A stretch of 64,000 nucleotides of DNA from Microcoleaceae cyanobacterium (GTDB lineage Bacteria > Cyanobacteriota > Cyanobacteriia > Cyanobacteriales > Microcoleaceae), in contig JBOFUV010000074.1 of assembly GCA_051652765.1 (NCBI GenBank), forward strand, positions 32,182-96,181, read 5' to 3'. Positions 52,601-63,159 of the stretch are shown here, piece after piece. The notes beneath the pieces are model-generated. The model made no database searches. It was not told where the DNA came from and was given only the letters and a program-made list of their open reading frames with translations. Made by a program: the position numbers and the translations under genes. Position 1 is the stretch's first letter; each line of letters opens with the position of its first letter.

Positions 52601-55064
52601 AGGTCAGATCAACGTTATGGGAAATATCATCTTCAACGATCCAGTCACTATTCGTTCTGGTTTGAGTTCTATTCAAGCACCAGATTTCACCTTCAGTGGA
52701 GCCGATAACGCCACTTTAACTTTAGAAGCCAATCAAAATATCAATGTTGGAGGAATCTTCAATCCCAACCGTTCAGTGAGCTTAACCACCGCCAACGGTT
52801 CTATCACTTTAGGCGATCTAGTTGCCAATCCCGTCAACTTAACCACAGATGGAGGAGCAGTGACTCTTTCTCCCAGTCAAAACTTGAACTTAAGGAACCC
52901 AACTATTTTAACCAATGGTGGTGACTTCTCCGTCAATGGTTCCGGCATGATTCAACTCTCTGGTTTAGGTCAGGTACAGACAGCAGGTGGAAACATCAGC
53001 TTCAACGGTACAGAGATCCTCAACACAATTCCCCTGGATGCCAGTAACACTTCAGGTCAAGGCGGCGCAATTAACCTGACAGCCCGAACTGGCGGAGTCA
53101 CAACCGATGATCTCAACAGTTCCGGCTCTGCCGGAGGGGCAATCACGGTTGATGCTGTGATCGCCATCACAGCAGGAGAAATCAACAGCAGTGGTAGCCT
53201 TGGCAATGGGGGTAACGTTAGCCTCGATCCCGAAAATGACATCGAAGTTGAGTTTATCAATGCTCAGGGTGGCCCTAGTGGTCGAGGTGGAGATGTATTG
53301 ATCAGCACGGAACGATTTTTCCGAGCAACCGGTTCCTTCAATGATCAAAATAATGTAGAATCTAGTATTTCTACAGTTAGCGGTCAGGGTGGTGGCTCTG
53401 TTACCATTCGCCATGGTGGCGGGCTTTTGCAAGATCCAAGGGCAAGGTTTGTGGTGGGAGCAAGTCTTACTGAAAATGGAACCGCAGCGGCTATTACAAC
53501 AGGAGAATTTACAATTGGTGAACCCAACTCTTTTGAAGGGTCTTTCCAGTTAGGAAATATTTCAATTGAGACTGATGATTTAATCCCTCAATCATTGTTA
53601 GGTAATGAACTAAGTGATGAAGCTGAGGATCAAAATTCTCAACAAGAAAGACTTCGGACGCTTGGAGATTTAATTCCTCGAAAAGAACCTGTAGAATCCT
53701 TGGAAATTGCCACTGAGTTACCTTGTGTTCCGATTGATGCTGGCGTTATGGCGATTGAGCGAAGCTATACTCAAGAGTTTGCAGAATATTGGGGAATTTC
53801 AACCGATGATGCTGTAAAAAGTTCAGTAGAAGTTTGCAATGCTCTGGGAGATATTGCTGGAGTTACAGGAATCAAACCTGCGGTGATCTATGCAAACTTC
53901 GTGCCTGTAGATTATGACCTTACAGCGGATCAAAACTCCTTAGAAGTTAAGCCATCAGCATTAATTGAATCCCCAGAATCTCCTCAAAATCAAGGAACGG
54001 ATGAACTTGAAATTATCCTTGTCACCGCTGAAGGTCAACCTATTCGCAAACGAGTTCCTGGCGTGACTCGTACCAAAGTTGAGCGAGAAGTTAACCAATT
54101 TCATGGTGCATTATATCGTTCAGAACAACGAGGAAATCAAAGTTATTTACCCTCGGCTCAACAGCTCTATCAGTGGTTAATTGCACCCATTGAGGCAGAG
54201 TTACAATCTAAAGATGTTGAAAATCTTATTTTTATTATGGATGAAGGACTCCGGTCTTTGCCTTTGGCAACTCTCCATGATGGTCAACAATTTTTAATCG
54301 AAAACTACAGTGTTGGTCTAGCACCCAGCTTAACCCTAACTGAAACTCGCTATAGCAATATTAAAGAGGCCAAAGTTCTGGCCATGGGAGCCTCAGAATT
54401 TAATGAATTTAACGAGCAGGTTAGTGGCTCTAATCTGGGTTCATTACCTGCTGTTCCTCTAGAACTTTCGACAATTTTTCAAAGCTCTTGGGAAGGAAAA
54501 TTATTGCTAAATGAAGCCTTTACTGTCGAGAATCTTAAAGCTCAGCGAAATATAACTCCCTTCGGTATCCTTCATCTTGGTACCCATGCGGTATTTAATT
54601 CAGGAGAACCAGATAGCTCCTATATTCAATTCTGGAATGAGCGACTTGGACTGGATCAAGTCCAAGATTTGGGCTTGAATCAACCGCCTGTGAAGTTATT
54701 AGTCCTGAGTGCCTGCGAAACAACAATAGGCGATCGCCAAGCTGAGTTGGGATTTGCCGGATTTGCGGCTAAAGCAGGAGTTGACTCTGTGCTAGCAAGC
54801 TTATGGTCAGTGAATGACAAAGGAACTTTTGCATTGATGGCAGAATTCTACCAGCGTCTTGCAAATGCCCCAATCAGGGCTGAAGCCTTGCGACAGGCCC
54901 AAATTGCCATGCTGCGGGGAGAAATGCAGTTTGAAGGCGATCGCTTGATTCTGCCCAATCGAGGAGAAATTGTTGTTTCTCCAGAACTTGCTGAACGTTA
55001 TATCTCGGATCTGTCCCATCCCTACTATTGGGCGGCCTTCACGATGATTGGTAGTCCCTGGTAA
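46629..55064 (+). CDS. Filamentous-hemagglutinin-like TpsA with C-terminal CHAT protease domain
   Basis: NLFHSF, NLFLINPAGIIFG TPS domain; beta-helix repeats; LHLGTHA, LVLSACET, SLWSVND, HPYYWAAF. Confidence 0.93.
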   Translation: MNAVKFSIWFRLLLVLPTTILLNFPFPPAVGLTSSALDSEKSLLKSYSALEFSEPEFLEPEFLELEFLELEFSELEHPTQNSVLLLTQAITPANDGTGTLVSPEGNQFNIDGGTRSGDGANLFHSFEKFGLDAGEIANFLSNPDIRNILSRVVGGDASIINGLIQVTGGSSNLFLINPAGIIFGPNASLNLPGDFTATTANGVQFGDHWFNAEGLSTYETLVGNPTGFAFTMANPGSVVNLGTLALEPGHNLTLLGGTVINGGQLSAPEGQIIVTAVPGENFVRISQDGQLLSLEIRPITPDSDRPNDWSLPITALPDLLTRGAEGYGMEARVNPDGTVELQVEETTIPVDAGTAVVSGRLDSSGEAGGTIGIFGEKIGVIAAEIDASGTQGGGTVLVGGGYKGQGDVPNALRSFVDQDSVISADALMNGEGGRVIVWADEATGFYGQANARGGNESGNGGFVEVSGREYLDFQGTVDVSAPMGNPGTLLLDPRNITISNDPSSSGVDEEFSIINQDNFENEEITINRDSLQNQTGEIILEASDNITIAEGASLSFVPGEDITFTADANQDNIGNFQMAQSQSITTSGRSISISGVNITVGIIDGRGDRNGNINLNALGDSTTIDVRSPEDTNALLTSGAGEINLFAPGNNSQIILEGNISSLITDAGNINLTAGNAAASDGGSIQIRGSGIATVFSPTPITINLNALGSGSEINATTIAASRGIINFNVGSETATQLSSITVERFIGTSGIKGGAVNINLLGNNSFLAIPGDIRTTGGSVNINVGNSNSSGNSIQIEQIDTDRGDLDPDLTNDLDDSNRDASITINAPGSGSEITLGNLNTTGGNVSVTAGNTTANQPSLIQINNLIETSSNGSGGNVNLQALGNGSEITTEDIITNGGSVTLTAGSNTSENPSSINLGSISTFDSSGSTPGGDITIEVLGNGGTVTTADTRTGDPTNRTVEGGNFEVTVGNSAATNPSSILLDAINTNGGDITLTVLGNGSRIETISSATGFGDIRTDREGGVGGNVTFTAGNEASTTPSSIEIGPVRTDGGNINLTALGNDSTITTRVSIATSGGELNLSVPDGSVIVSSQVGLTQPVGDIRVESGDVTQFNARVLANSLTTDNEGTTELNADITTTNDQIYNDAVSLLGDIILDSSLEDGNIEFRSTLNGNSNLQLNSGLGNIVLGIVGDQTPLSSLIINTTGQTNLGGNINIEGSGGLNFTNPPNILLTSDVMIDVSAGTAGIDFSGGTVDGNFNLRLIAGDGDITLGVIGENTPLSSLTASSSGQTNLSGNITTSGAGGVNFSDITALNLTADIGINTSGSKGLDSGVILLNGGTVNGAVALGLDSGSGEIFLGQVGSNEALNSLSIRTSGSVILDGNLTTNESIDFTKVTGGTQINTNTIITSNNGSILFNGSPISGEGNSLTFDTPNEVSLDNVGSQGGELGELVIGNANIVNLFGNIFTNGGIQFPTVTTINLNADLITLETDSDNGDVNLANALITDEGQLIINVGTGNVGLGSVGTKENVLGGLTIESATNINLSGNIFTDGGIDFSGAEAINLEASEIRLQTNSDDGNVNFTGSLVTGNSALVINAGAGNVGLGSVGTKENVLGGLTIESATNINLSGNIFTDGGIDFSGVEAISLEASEIRLQTNSDDGNVNFTGSLVTGNSALIVNAGAGNISLGGVGSLNQPLGRLTIESATDVNLSSNIFTNNGLDFSGAETVNLLGTEIILQTTSETGAINLFVPVNASGEGTGNLTINTVNGQVDLGIIGDQNPIASLTVNTAGQTNLGGNITTSGAVNFSGASNVDLISDVVIDSSSGNGEINLNGGNIDGTFDLSLNANSGNITLGTLGSNIPLQNLTVNSTGTTLLNSTVNAESLTTNPEGITQLNGNVTTSGLAGQTYNDSLIILDNLTLTGDEINFEGTVSGNNFDLTLQPFSSNRAVNLGNTSNIPNSLNLTNTELNLLLNASQNGFNSLTIGSAETGQINVMGNIIFNDPVTIRSGLSSIQAPDFTFSGADNATLTLEANQNINVGGIFNPNRSVSLTTANGSITLGDLVANPVNLTTDGGAVTLSPSQNLNLRNPTILTNGGDFSVNGSGMIQLSGLGQVQTAGGNISFNGTEILNTIPLDASNTSGQGGAINLTARTGGVTTDDLNSSGSAGGAITVDAVIAITAGEINSSGSLGNGGNVSLDPENDIEVEFINAQGGPSGRGGDVLISTERFFRATGSFNDQNNVESSISTVSGQGGGSVTIRHGGGLLQDPRARFVVGASLTENGTAAAITTGEFTIGEPNSFEGSFQLGNISIETDDLIPQSLLGNELSDEAEDQNSQQERLRTLGDLIPRKEPVESLEIATELPCVPIDAGVMAIERSYTQEFAEYWGISTDDAVKSSVEVCNALGDIAGVTGIKPAVIYANFVPVDYDLTADQNSLEVKPSALIESPESPQNQGTDELEIILVTAEGQPIRKRVPGVTRTKVEREVNQFHGALYRSEQRGNQSYLPSAQQLYQWLIAPIEAELQSKDVENLIFIMDEGLRSLPLATLHDGQQFLIENYSVGLAPSLTLTETRYSNIKEAKVLAMGASEFNEFNEQVSGSNLGSLPAVPLELSTIFQSSWEGKLLLNEAFTVENLKAQRNITPFGILHLGTHAVFNSGEPDSSYIQFWNERLGLDQVQDLGLNQPPVKLLVLSACETTIGDRQAELGFAGFAAKAGVDSVLASLWSVNDKGTFALMAEFYQRLANAPIRAEALRQAQIAMLRGEMQFEGDRLILPNRGEIVVSPELAERYISDLSHPYYWAAFTMIGSPW
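46776..46856. repeat. In-frame 15-bp repeat x5.4 encoding (L/P)EF(S/L)E
   Basis: Direct reading. Confidence 0.9.
51178..51659. repeat. Near-identical 249-bp tandem duplication in tpsA
   Basis: GGAAATGTTGGTTTGGGATCGG at 51180 and 51429; 83-aa repeat. Confidence 0.92.
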
Positions 55065-55079
55065 TTTTTCTCATATTTC

Positions 55080-55121
55080 AAGAACTACTTTAAGAACTAC
55101 TTTAAGAACTACGTCAAGAAC
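55080..55121. repeat. 12-bp tandem repeat AAGAACTACTTT x3.5
   Basis: Direct reading. Confidence 0.85.
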
Positions 55122-55257
55122 GATGGGCTTTTTAAGTCAGTGAGGGACATCTCAGCCACTCGAGTCCCTTTTTTCTAGATGCGAAGCGGCTTCTTGTTTC
55201 TGGAAATTCAGTCCTGTGGTAGGTTGGAATACTAACTGAGTTCATCCCAAAAATCCA

Positions 55258-56271
55258 ATGACAGCAAGCAGCTTAGGCTCAAATCCCGTAGATGTATTTG
55301 GTGTGGGGAATGCCCTCCTAGATATTTTGGCACTCGTCGATGACGAGTTCATCCGAACCCACAGTCTGAACCGAGGGTCGATGACTCTAGTCAATGTTGA
55401 GACGCAAGGTATGCTCCTCCAGAAGCTAGAAAATCAATCCCTAGAACTGCATTGCGGAGGCTCGGCAGCAAACACCATGATTGCGATCGCCCAAAGCGGT
55501 GGCACAGGGTATTACACCGGAAAAGTTGCGGCAGACACCAATGGTGAGTTTTACCGTCAAGACATGATGGCGGTTGGCATTGGCTTTGAAATTGCGCCCC
55601 ATCAAAGCTCAGGCGGAGCCACCGGAACCTGTTTGGTGCTGACTACCCCGGATGCAGAACGAACAATGTGTACAACCTTAGGCGTTTCTAGCACCTTAGC
55701 GGCTACTGATATTAACGTTGACCACCTCAGCCGTTGCCAGTATAGCTATGTTGAAGGGTATCTCTGGGATGCACCCGATCCCCGCAACGCCAGTATTGAA
55801 ACGATGGAACAGTCTAAACGACATGGAGTCAAGGTTGCATTTACCTTCTCTGATGGGTTTTTGTTAGATCGCTTCGCCGATGACTTTCTGCACTTGGTAA
55901 AAACCTACTGTGATGTTGTGTTTTGCAATGCTGACGAACTCTGCCATCTCTATCAAACCGAGTCCCTAGAAGACGGCGTGAAACAACTGAGCAAGATCGT
56001 AGACACGGCGTTCGTGACCAATAGTGAGAAAGGGTGCTGGGTGCTTGAAAACAATCAGATTCTTCAAGTTCCTGGGTTCCCGGCAAAACCTGTGGATACC
56101 GTAGGAGCAGGGGATGCCTTTGCTGGGGGGGTATTGTACGGATTAACCAATGGTCTGACGACCCAGCAAGCAGCCCGTTGGGGAAATTATCTAGGGGCTC
56201 AAGTTGTGCAGATCCACGGCCCCCGTTTATCAAAGGCCCCGGTTGATCAACTGCAATCTATAATCCAGTAA
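55258..56271 (+). CDS. PfkB-family (adenosine kinase-like) carbohydrate kinase
   Basis: GGSAANT, VEGYLWD, DTVGAGDAFAGG. Confidence 0.92.
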   Translation: MTASSLGSNPVDVFGVGNALLDILALVDDEFIRTHSLNRGSMTLVNVETQGMLLQKLENQSLELHCGGSAANTMIAIAQSGGTGYYTGKVAADTNGEFYRQDMMAVGIGFEIAPHQSSGGATGTCLVLTTPDAERTMCTTLGVSSTLAATDINVDHLSRCQYSYVEGYLWDAPDPRNASIETMEQSKRHGVKVAFTFSDGFLLDRFADDFLHLVKTYCDVVFCNADELCHLYQTESLEDGVKQLSKIVDTAFVTNSEKGCWVLENNQILQVPGFPAKPVDTVGAGDAFAGGVLYGLTNGLTTQQAARWGNYLGAQVVQIHGPRLSKAPVDQLQSIIQ

Positions 56272-56854
56272 TATTCTGCAACGCTCTAGAGCCTAAAACC
56301 GCAACCCAGTTGTCAAGCTTCACGGGTGGCAAATCGGTCTGTCGAATAATCGGTGCATTCTTCAGAAAGGCTGGATTTTTTTCTAACCACTGGGAACCGA
56401 CGAGATAGAATTCAATCCAACAGATAAAAAGGAGATGTATCAGCAGTAGCAAAATAAGCTGAGATCGATCAAACAAAGTGGAGGTCTTAAAGCCAAATCT
56501 CACCTGAAACAGCTCAATCACAATGAACAGGACAGATGAAATCAAGGGCCAAAGCTTGATGGCTAAGTAAGGATTATCTTGATAGATCGCAGCACAAATT
56601 AAGGTTCCTGTAATCCAAGGACTGAGGGGAATTCCCGCAATAACAAAAGGAGGCTGAGTCGTTCGCCAGCAAATCCCCAGGGTTAATAAGATCCACCCCA
56701 AGCTTGCCAAGTTGTCTTTAAAGGAGCTTTCATCCTGAAGAAACAGGGAAGTCAGCCAAATCCCAACACTGAATAGCAGCAATGTTTTCCAATGCAGAAA
56801 TCGGGGTGGAAGGGCAGGAGTTACCGATCCCTTCAGCCAATTTAAACTTTTCAT
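56258..56854 (-). CDS. fraD: FraD-like (DUF5357) membrane protein, short form
   Basis: PPRFLHWKTLLL, LSPWITGTL, WPLISS, CWIEFY..WLEKNP; directly downstream of fraC. Confidence 0.65.
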   Translation of the reverse strand: MKSLNWLKGSVTPALPPRFLHWKTLLLFSVGIWLTSLFLQDESSFKDNLASLGWILLTLGICWRTTQPPFVIAGIPLSPWITGTLICAAIYQDNPYLAIKLWPLISSVLFIVIELFQVRFGFKTSTLFDRSQLILLLLIHLLFICWIEFYLVGSQWLEKNPAFLKNAPIIRQTDLPPVKLDNWVAVLGSRALQNITGL

Positions 56855-56942
56855 TCTAGTTAGTTAGGTAGAGACAATTAAACTGAACACACAAAGGAGA
56901 TGCCGAAGGTGGGAAGATCCGACAAATTTTAAAGTTCATCGA

Positions 56943-57458
56943 CTAACTCCGAATTGACACCTGCAATACAAGGATCAACATATTCGCTAAATAGCTCACG
57001 GTATGAGCCCTTAGGACAGTTTTAAATCGACTCACGATGCCTTGCATAAAAACTGGAGAAGTAGCCAAAGTATTAGAACCTCTCGAACTCCTGGTAAAAC
57101 CATCATCATTAACCAGGATTTTTAAAATTTCAAATCCTTGGATTTTAACAAGCAAGAAAAGCAGGAAGTAAAAGATAATAATTGAAAGTAAATTAACTGA
57201 GAACTGATCCATTTGATATCGACTCAGATATGACATGATGCTGAACTGAAAGTCCTCAGAAGCCCCCAAGAAAATCGAGAAAAAGATGAAGTATCCAATA
57301 ATTTCTGCAAACAGATTAACTGCAGTTGCGTACTTCACGCTTTCCCTTGGCGTGAACCTCAGATTTGTTCTAAAAACAAATGCTTCAATGTGGATAGAAA
57401 TCAGTAAGCTTAGTGCTCTAGAGAGAAAAACCCGGGCAATTAGTACAGTTGGTTCCAT
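56943..57458 (-). CDS. fraC: Filament integrity protein FraC-like
   Basis: LLISIHIEAFVF..L.F...SVKYATAVNLF..IGYFIFF; likely start at 57458. Confidence 0.72.
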   Translation of the reverse strand: MEPTVLIARVFLSRALSLLISIHIEAFVFRTNLRFTPRESVKYATAVNLFAEIIGYFIFFSIFLGASEDFQFSIMSYLSRYQMDQFSVNLLSIIIFYFLLFLLVKIQGFEILKILVNDDGFTRSSRGSNTLATSPVFMQGIVSRFKTVLRAHTVSYLANMLILVLQVSIRS

Positions 57459-57595
57459 AAGACCCCCAAGTTGGTTTGATCTCAGATGCTTTCGAAGGAA
57501 ATATACCTTCTCTGTAGTGTAAGCTGATAGGCTACACTCGGTTATCAGGGGTGACCACCTACGCTTCCCCAAACTCAGCCCATAGTTATATCCCT

Positions 57596-58680
<1,085 letters not shown>

Positions 58681-58829
58681 TTACAAAACTTTTGTTTTGC
58701 TGTACCTGCGATGATCTAGTGCTAATGATCTAACGCTAAGCTCTCCATAGTAAAGGGTTGAGGAAGTTTGATAAAGTTCTAACCAGATTTCTTCATAAAT
58801 CTGGTCTCAAGGGACTTACCCTTGAGCAT

Positions 58830-59252
58830 TTACCCGGAAAAAAGCCCTGTCATTTCTGTTAAGGATTTAGCCCAGAGAGCCGCTAGATTAACTTCCGTGA
58901 AGGGAATCCGAGTCAGAACTTGAGAATTTTTCAGTTGTAACTCCAGTTCAACGGTTCTGCCCCGTTCAGGCAAGCGATCTAAATCGACAGACTGACCATC
59001 AATCAGGAGCCGAATCGATTGCACGTCCGTTAAGGAAAAAGCCACTAAATTCACAGGCCCTTTTCGGGTTGGTTTTCCCCAGGTGAGTTCAGTGCCCTTT
59101 TGACCCAAAACCGAGAAAATATCGTACTTCGAGTTTTGAAATTCCTTGGCCCAAACCCGATAAGCTTCTACTTTTTGATATTCGTTCCAGCCTGACCAGG
59201 CCAACCCAATAAAAACCCCCAGCAGGGGAAGCCACAATAACCCTCTCTCCAT
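58830..59252 (-). CDS. Membrane-anchored hypothetical protein
   Basis: MERGLLWLPLL N-terminal TM; coherent 140-aa ORF. Confidence 0.75.
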   Translation of the reverse strand: MERGLLWLPLLGVFIGLAWSGWNEYQKVEAYRVWAKEFQNSKYDIFSVLGQKGTELTWGKPTRKGPVNLVAFSLTDVQSIRLLIDGQSVDLDRLPERGRTVELELQLKNSQVLTRIPFTEVNLAALWAKSLTEMTGLFSG

Positions 59253-59266
59253 GGTCTTACATTGCT

Positions 59267-59329
59267 TAACTTTAGAGTACTAACTTTAGAGTACTAACTT
59301 TAGAGTACTAACTTTAGATTGCTAACTTT
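59267..59329. repeat. 14-bp tandem repeat TAACTTTAGAGTAC x4.5
   Basis: Direct reading; lies 15 bp upstream of the 59252 start. Confidence 0.92.
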
Positions 59330-59425
59330 CCTAAACTCCATTCCGAGAAATGCCGGATAGAATAAAACTATTCAGCTATTTGTTCTATAGCTAGGCAATT
59401 AGCCTGTGACCCACGACACAGAACC

Positions 59426-61249
59426 ATGAAACGACTCTTTTTCCTTTGCTTGTTCCTCTTTGGTCTTGGTTGGGCAGTCTCAAATTTCTCTGGTCTAGCC
59501 AACCAGGGTTCCTACACTTCGATTGTACTTGACTTTCGTGAAGAGCTAGGACAAGAGCAGATTGCCAATCAAGTTCAAGCGATCGCTGAGAAATACCAGA
59601 TTGTCCCCACGCTTAACAGCAAATTTTCCCAAAGTGACAATGTCTATGTGGTTCGGGGAGATCAGAAGCTCCTGCGATCGCTACAAAACACGTTAAGCAA
59701 GAGCACTGAATTTGTTGAACCCAATTACATTTACGCCGTTGATCAGACGGCTCAGACTCCAGAGGGAATCCTGTTTGATGTCCTCTCCACAGTTCCAAAC
59801 GATCCTTTCTACAGCAAACAGTGGAACCTTCGTAGCATCAACGTGGAAACAGCATGGAATGAGACCCACGGAGAAGGGATTATCGTTGCTGTGATTGACA
59901 CAGGAGTCAGTCAAGTTCCAGATTTACAGGAGACCGAGTTGGTTTCCGGCTATGACTTTGTGAATGATCACGCTGAAGTCAAGGACGATAACGGCCACGG
60001 CACCCACGTTGCTGGAACCATTGCCCAATCTACGAATAATGGCTATGGTGTGGCCGGAATTGCCTATGGGGCCAAAATTATGCCCTTGAAAGTGTTGAGT
60101 GCTGAGGGGGGTGGCACAATCTCCGATATTGCTGAGGCGATTAAGTTTGCAGCAGACCATGGAGCTGGGGTGATTAACCTGAGCTTGGGGGGCAGTGGAG
60201 AAAGCTATTTGATGCAGGAAGCCATTGACTATGCCTACAGCCAGGGCGTTGTGATTGTTGCAGCGGCGGGGAACTCTGGAGAGAACGCAGCGGGATATCC
60301 GGCCCGTTATCCCCATGTAATTGGGGTTTCTGCCCTGGATGCCACGGGCAACAAAACACCATACTCTAATTTTGGGGCGGGGGTCGATCTTTCAGCGCCC
60401 GGTGGTTTAACTGATGTAGGTGACGCGGGAGGGATTTTACAGGAAACCGTTGACCCAGAAACCGGAGCCTCGACCTTTGCATCCTTCCAAGGAACGAGCA
60501 TGGCTTCTCCTCACGTTGCTGGGGTTGTGGCGTTGGTGAAAGCATCTGGGATTACGGAGCCAGAAGACGTGATTCGGATCTTGAAAGAGTCAGCCCGTCA
60601 GCCTGAAGATGATCCGCTGAACCATTATGGCGCAGGTCAAGTCGATGCGGGCAGTGCGGTTCAACTGGCTCTGAAAGGACAAATTACCGTCCGAGATTTC
60701 TTCCGTTGGCTGCGGGATAGCGGCTATCTAAATCCACGGTTTTGGATTGATGGGGGTGCTGTGGCCCTGTTCCCTAAAATTGTCATGGTTCTGGGGTCTT
60801 ATCTGTTTGCTTGGTTCCTCAGAAACTATTTCCCTTTCCAATGGACAGGATTATTCACAGGAGGGCTGATTGCTGGCAGCAGTGGATTGTTTTTCCTCAG
60901 AGGATTTTACATTTTTGATTTACCTCAATGGCCCATGCGAATGATGGGGAGTTCAATTCCAGAACTGGGTGGCGCAATTCAGGGCAGTAGTCTGCTAAAT
61001 CCAGGTTTTGCAAGTGTGCTCATACCATTAGGTCTGGTGTTGCTGTTCTTAGGACACCCTCATTGGAAGTGGGCAGCAATTGGCACAACGATTGGCGTTG
61101 CCAGTTGCCTGGTTGTAAGTGCTGCACTGCATCCGGCAGTTTGGGGGTTGGGCACGGGCATAGTTGCTCGGAGTTTCTTGCTGGTCAATGCTCTGCTGTG
61201 CATGGGGTTGGCTCGTTTGGCGTTAGGAGCGGAGACTAAACCAGTATGA
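59426..61249 (+). CDS. S8 subtilisin-like peptidase with C-terminal membrane domain
   Basis: VAVIDTG, HGTHVAG, GTSMASPHVAG; C-terminal TM helices. Confidence 0.94.
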   Translation: MKRLFFLCLFLFGLGWAVSNFSGLANQGSYTSIVLDFREELGQEQIANQVQAIAEKYQIVPTLNSKFSQSDNVYVVRGDQKLLRSLQNTLSKSTEFVEPNYIYAVDQTAQTPEGILFDVLSTVPNDPFYSKQWNLRSINVETAWNETHGEGIIVAVIDTGVSQVPDLQETELVSGYDFVNDHAEVKDDNGHGTHVAGTIAQSTNNGYGVAGIAYGAKIMPLKVLSAEGGGTISDIAEAIKFAADHGAGVINLSLGGSGESYLMQEAIDYAYSQGVVIVAAAGNSGENAAGYPARYPHVIGVSALDATGNKTPYSNFGAGVDLSAPGGLTDVGDAGGILQETVDPETGASTFASFQGTSMASPHVAGVVALVKASGITEPEDVIRILKESARQPEDDPLNHYGAGQVDAGSAVQLALKGQITVRDFFRWLRDSGYLNPRFWIDGGAVALFPKIVMVLGSYLFAWFLRNYFPFQWTGLFTGGLIAGSSGLFFLRGFYIFDLPQWPMRMMGSSIPELGGAIQGSSLLNPGFASVLIPLGLVLLFLGHPHWKWAAIGTTIGVASCLVVSAALHPAVWGLGTGIVARSFLLVNALLCMGLARLALGAETKPV

Positions 61250-61467
61250 GTATTACTGTTCAGGGCAAGCTAGAACGCAAGGGGTTTGGGACTGGAACTT
61301 GGGCCTTGGTGACGAGCAACCAGACCTATGAGTTAAAAAATGCGCCTCCGGAGCTAAAGCAGGCAGGGTTAACGGTTGAAGTTATCGGTCAAGTTCGCGA
61401 AGATATTGTCACCCTGGCCATGATTGGCCCTGTGCTAGACGTAGAGTCTTTTAAGGTTCTGGATTAG
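61246..61467 (+). CDS. Small hypothetical protein
   Basis: 4-bp overlap with the S8 gene. Confidence 0.7.
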   Translation: MSITVQGKLERKGFGTGTWALVTSNQTYELKNAPPELKQAGLTVEVIGQVREDIVTLAMIGPVLDVESFKVLD

Positions 61468-61506
61468 GTGGGTCAACTTGTGGATTGTGTCAGTGGGTCA
61501 AGTTTT

Positions 61507-61542
61507 TGAAACCCAACAAACTCTTGAGCTTGTTGGGTTTCA
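61507..61542. repeat. REP-like hairpin / bidirectional terminator
   Basis: TGAAACCCAACAA-N10-TTGTTGGGTTTCA between convergent genes. Confidence 0.65.
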
Positions 61543-61577
61543 GTTTGTTCTATCTAGCGTAGTTCTACCTAGCCTAA

Positions 61578-61942
61578 CGGGACTGGCCGGATTTGAACCG
61601 GCGACCTAGCGCTTCAGATTGGTGTGAGTTTCCCCACTCTCTGGACTATTCCTTCACCGTAGGTGACAACCCTTAGGTGGTGGCCGTATGTTCAAGAAGA
61701 TTTGGGTTTGACTCCTCGAACCAGTCTCTGCACCTTCTCTACCCCTCATTTTGTAGAGCTTGGCTCAAGATTACCGTATTCGCAATCAATAACCTAGCCT
61801 CAAATCTGTTGTCTCAAATTTGACGCAAGATTTATTACGAACTTAGGCTTCCTTGAGTTTGACCACATTCACACCTAGCGTTTCCGCCTAGGGTGCCCGA
61901 TTTTCAGGAGGCGCTTGCTCTATCCAACTGAGCCACAGCCCC
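61578..61942 (-). tRNA. trnR-CCT: tRNA-Arg(CCT), intron-containing (exons 61942-61906 and 61614-61578)
   Basis: GGGGCTGTGGCTCAGTTGGATAGAGCAAGCGCCTCCT | AAGCGCTAGGTCGCCGGTTCAAATCCGGCCAGTCCCG forms a complete cloverleaf after splicing. Confidence 0.95.
61615..61905 (-). ncRNA. Group I self-splicing intron (IC3-like), 291 nt
   Basis: Follows exon U, ends in G; core elements CAAACTCAAGGAAGCC, GGTAATCTTGAGCCAAG, GTGCAGAGACT, AAGGAATAGTCC. Confidence 0.93.
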
Positions 61943-62049
61943 AAACGAATTGCTCTAAGTTAACTTTTTGAGTTAATTTCCTGAATTAACTTGGCTTTTC
62001 TATACTAACAAATCAGGCTTTCATTCAGTACTCTCTGTGAGCCCAACCC

Positions 62050-63159
<1,110 letters not shown>

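Noticed and set aside
46889..53432. Many minus-strand ORFs within tpsA
   Set aside because: Antisense shadows of a Gly/Asn/Thr-rich gene
61615..61905. Homing endonuclease within the intron
   Set aside because: Intron is only 291 nt with no ORF
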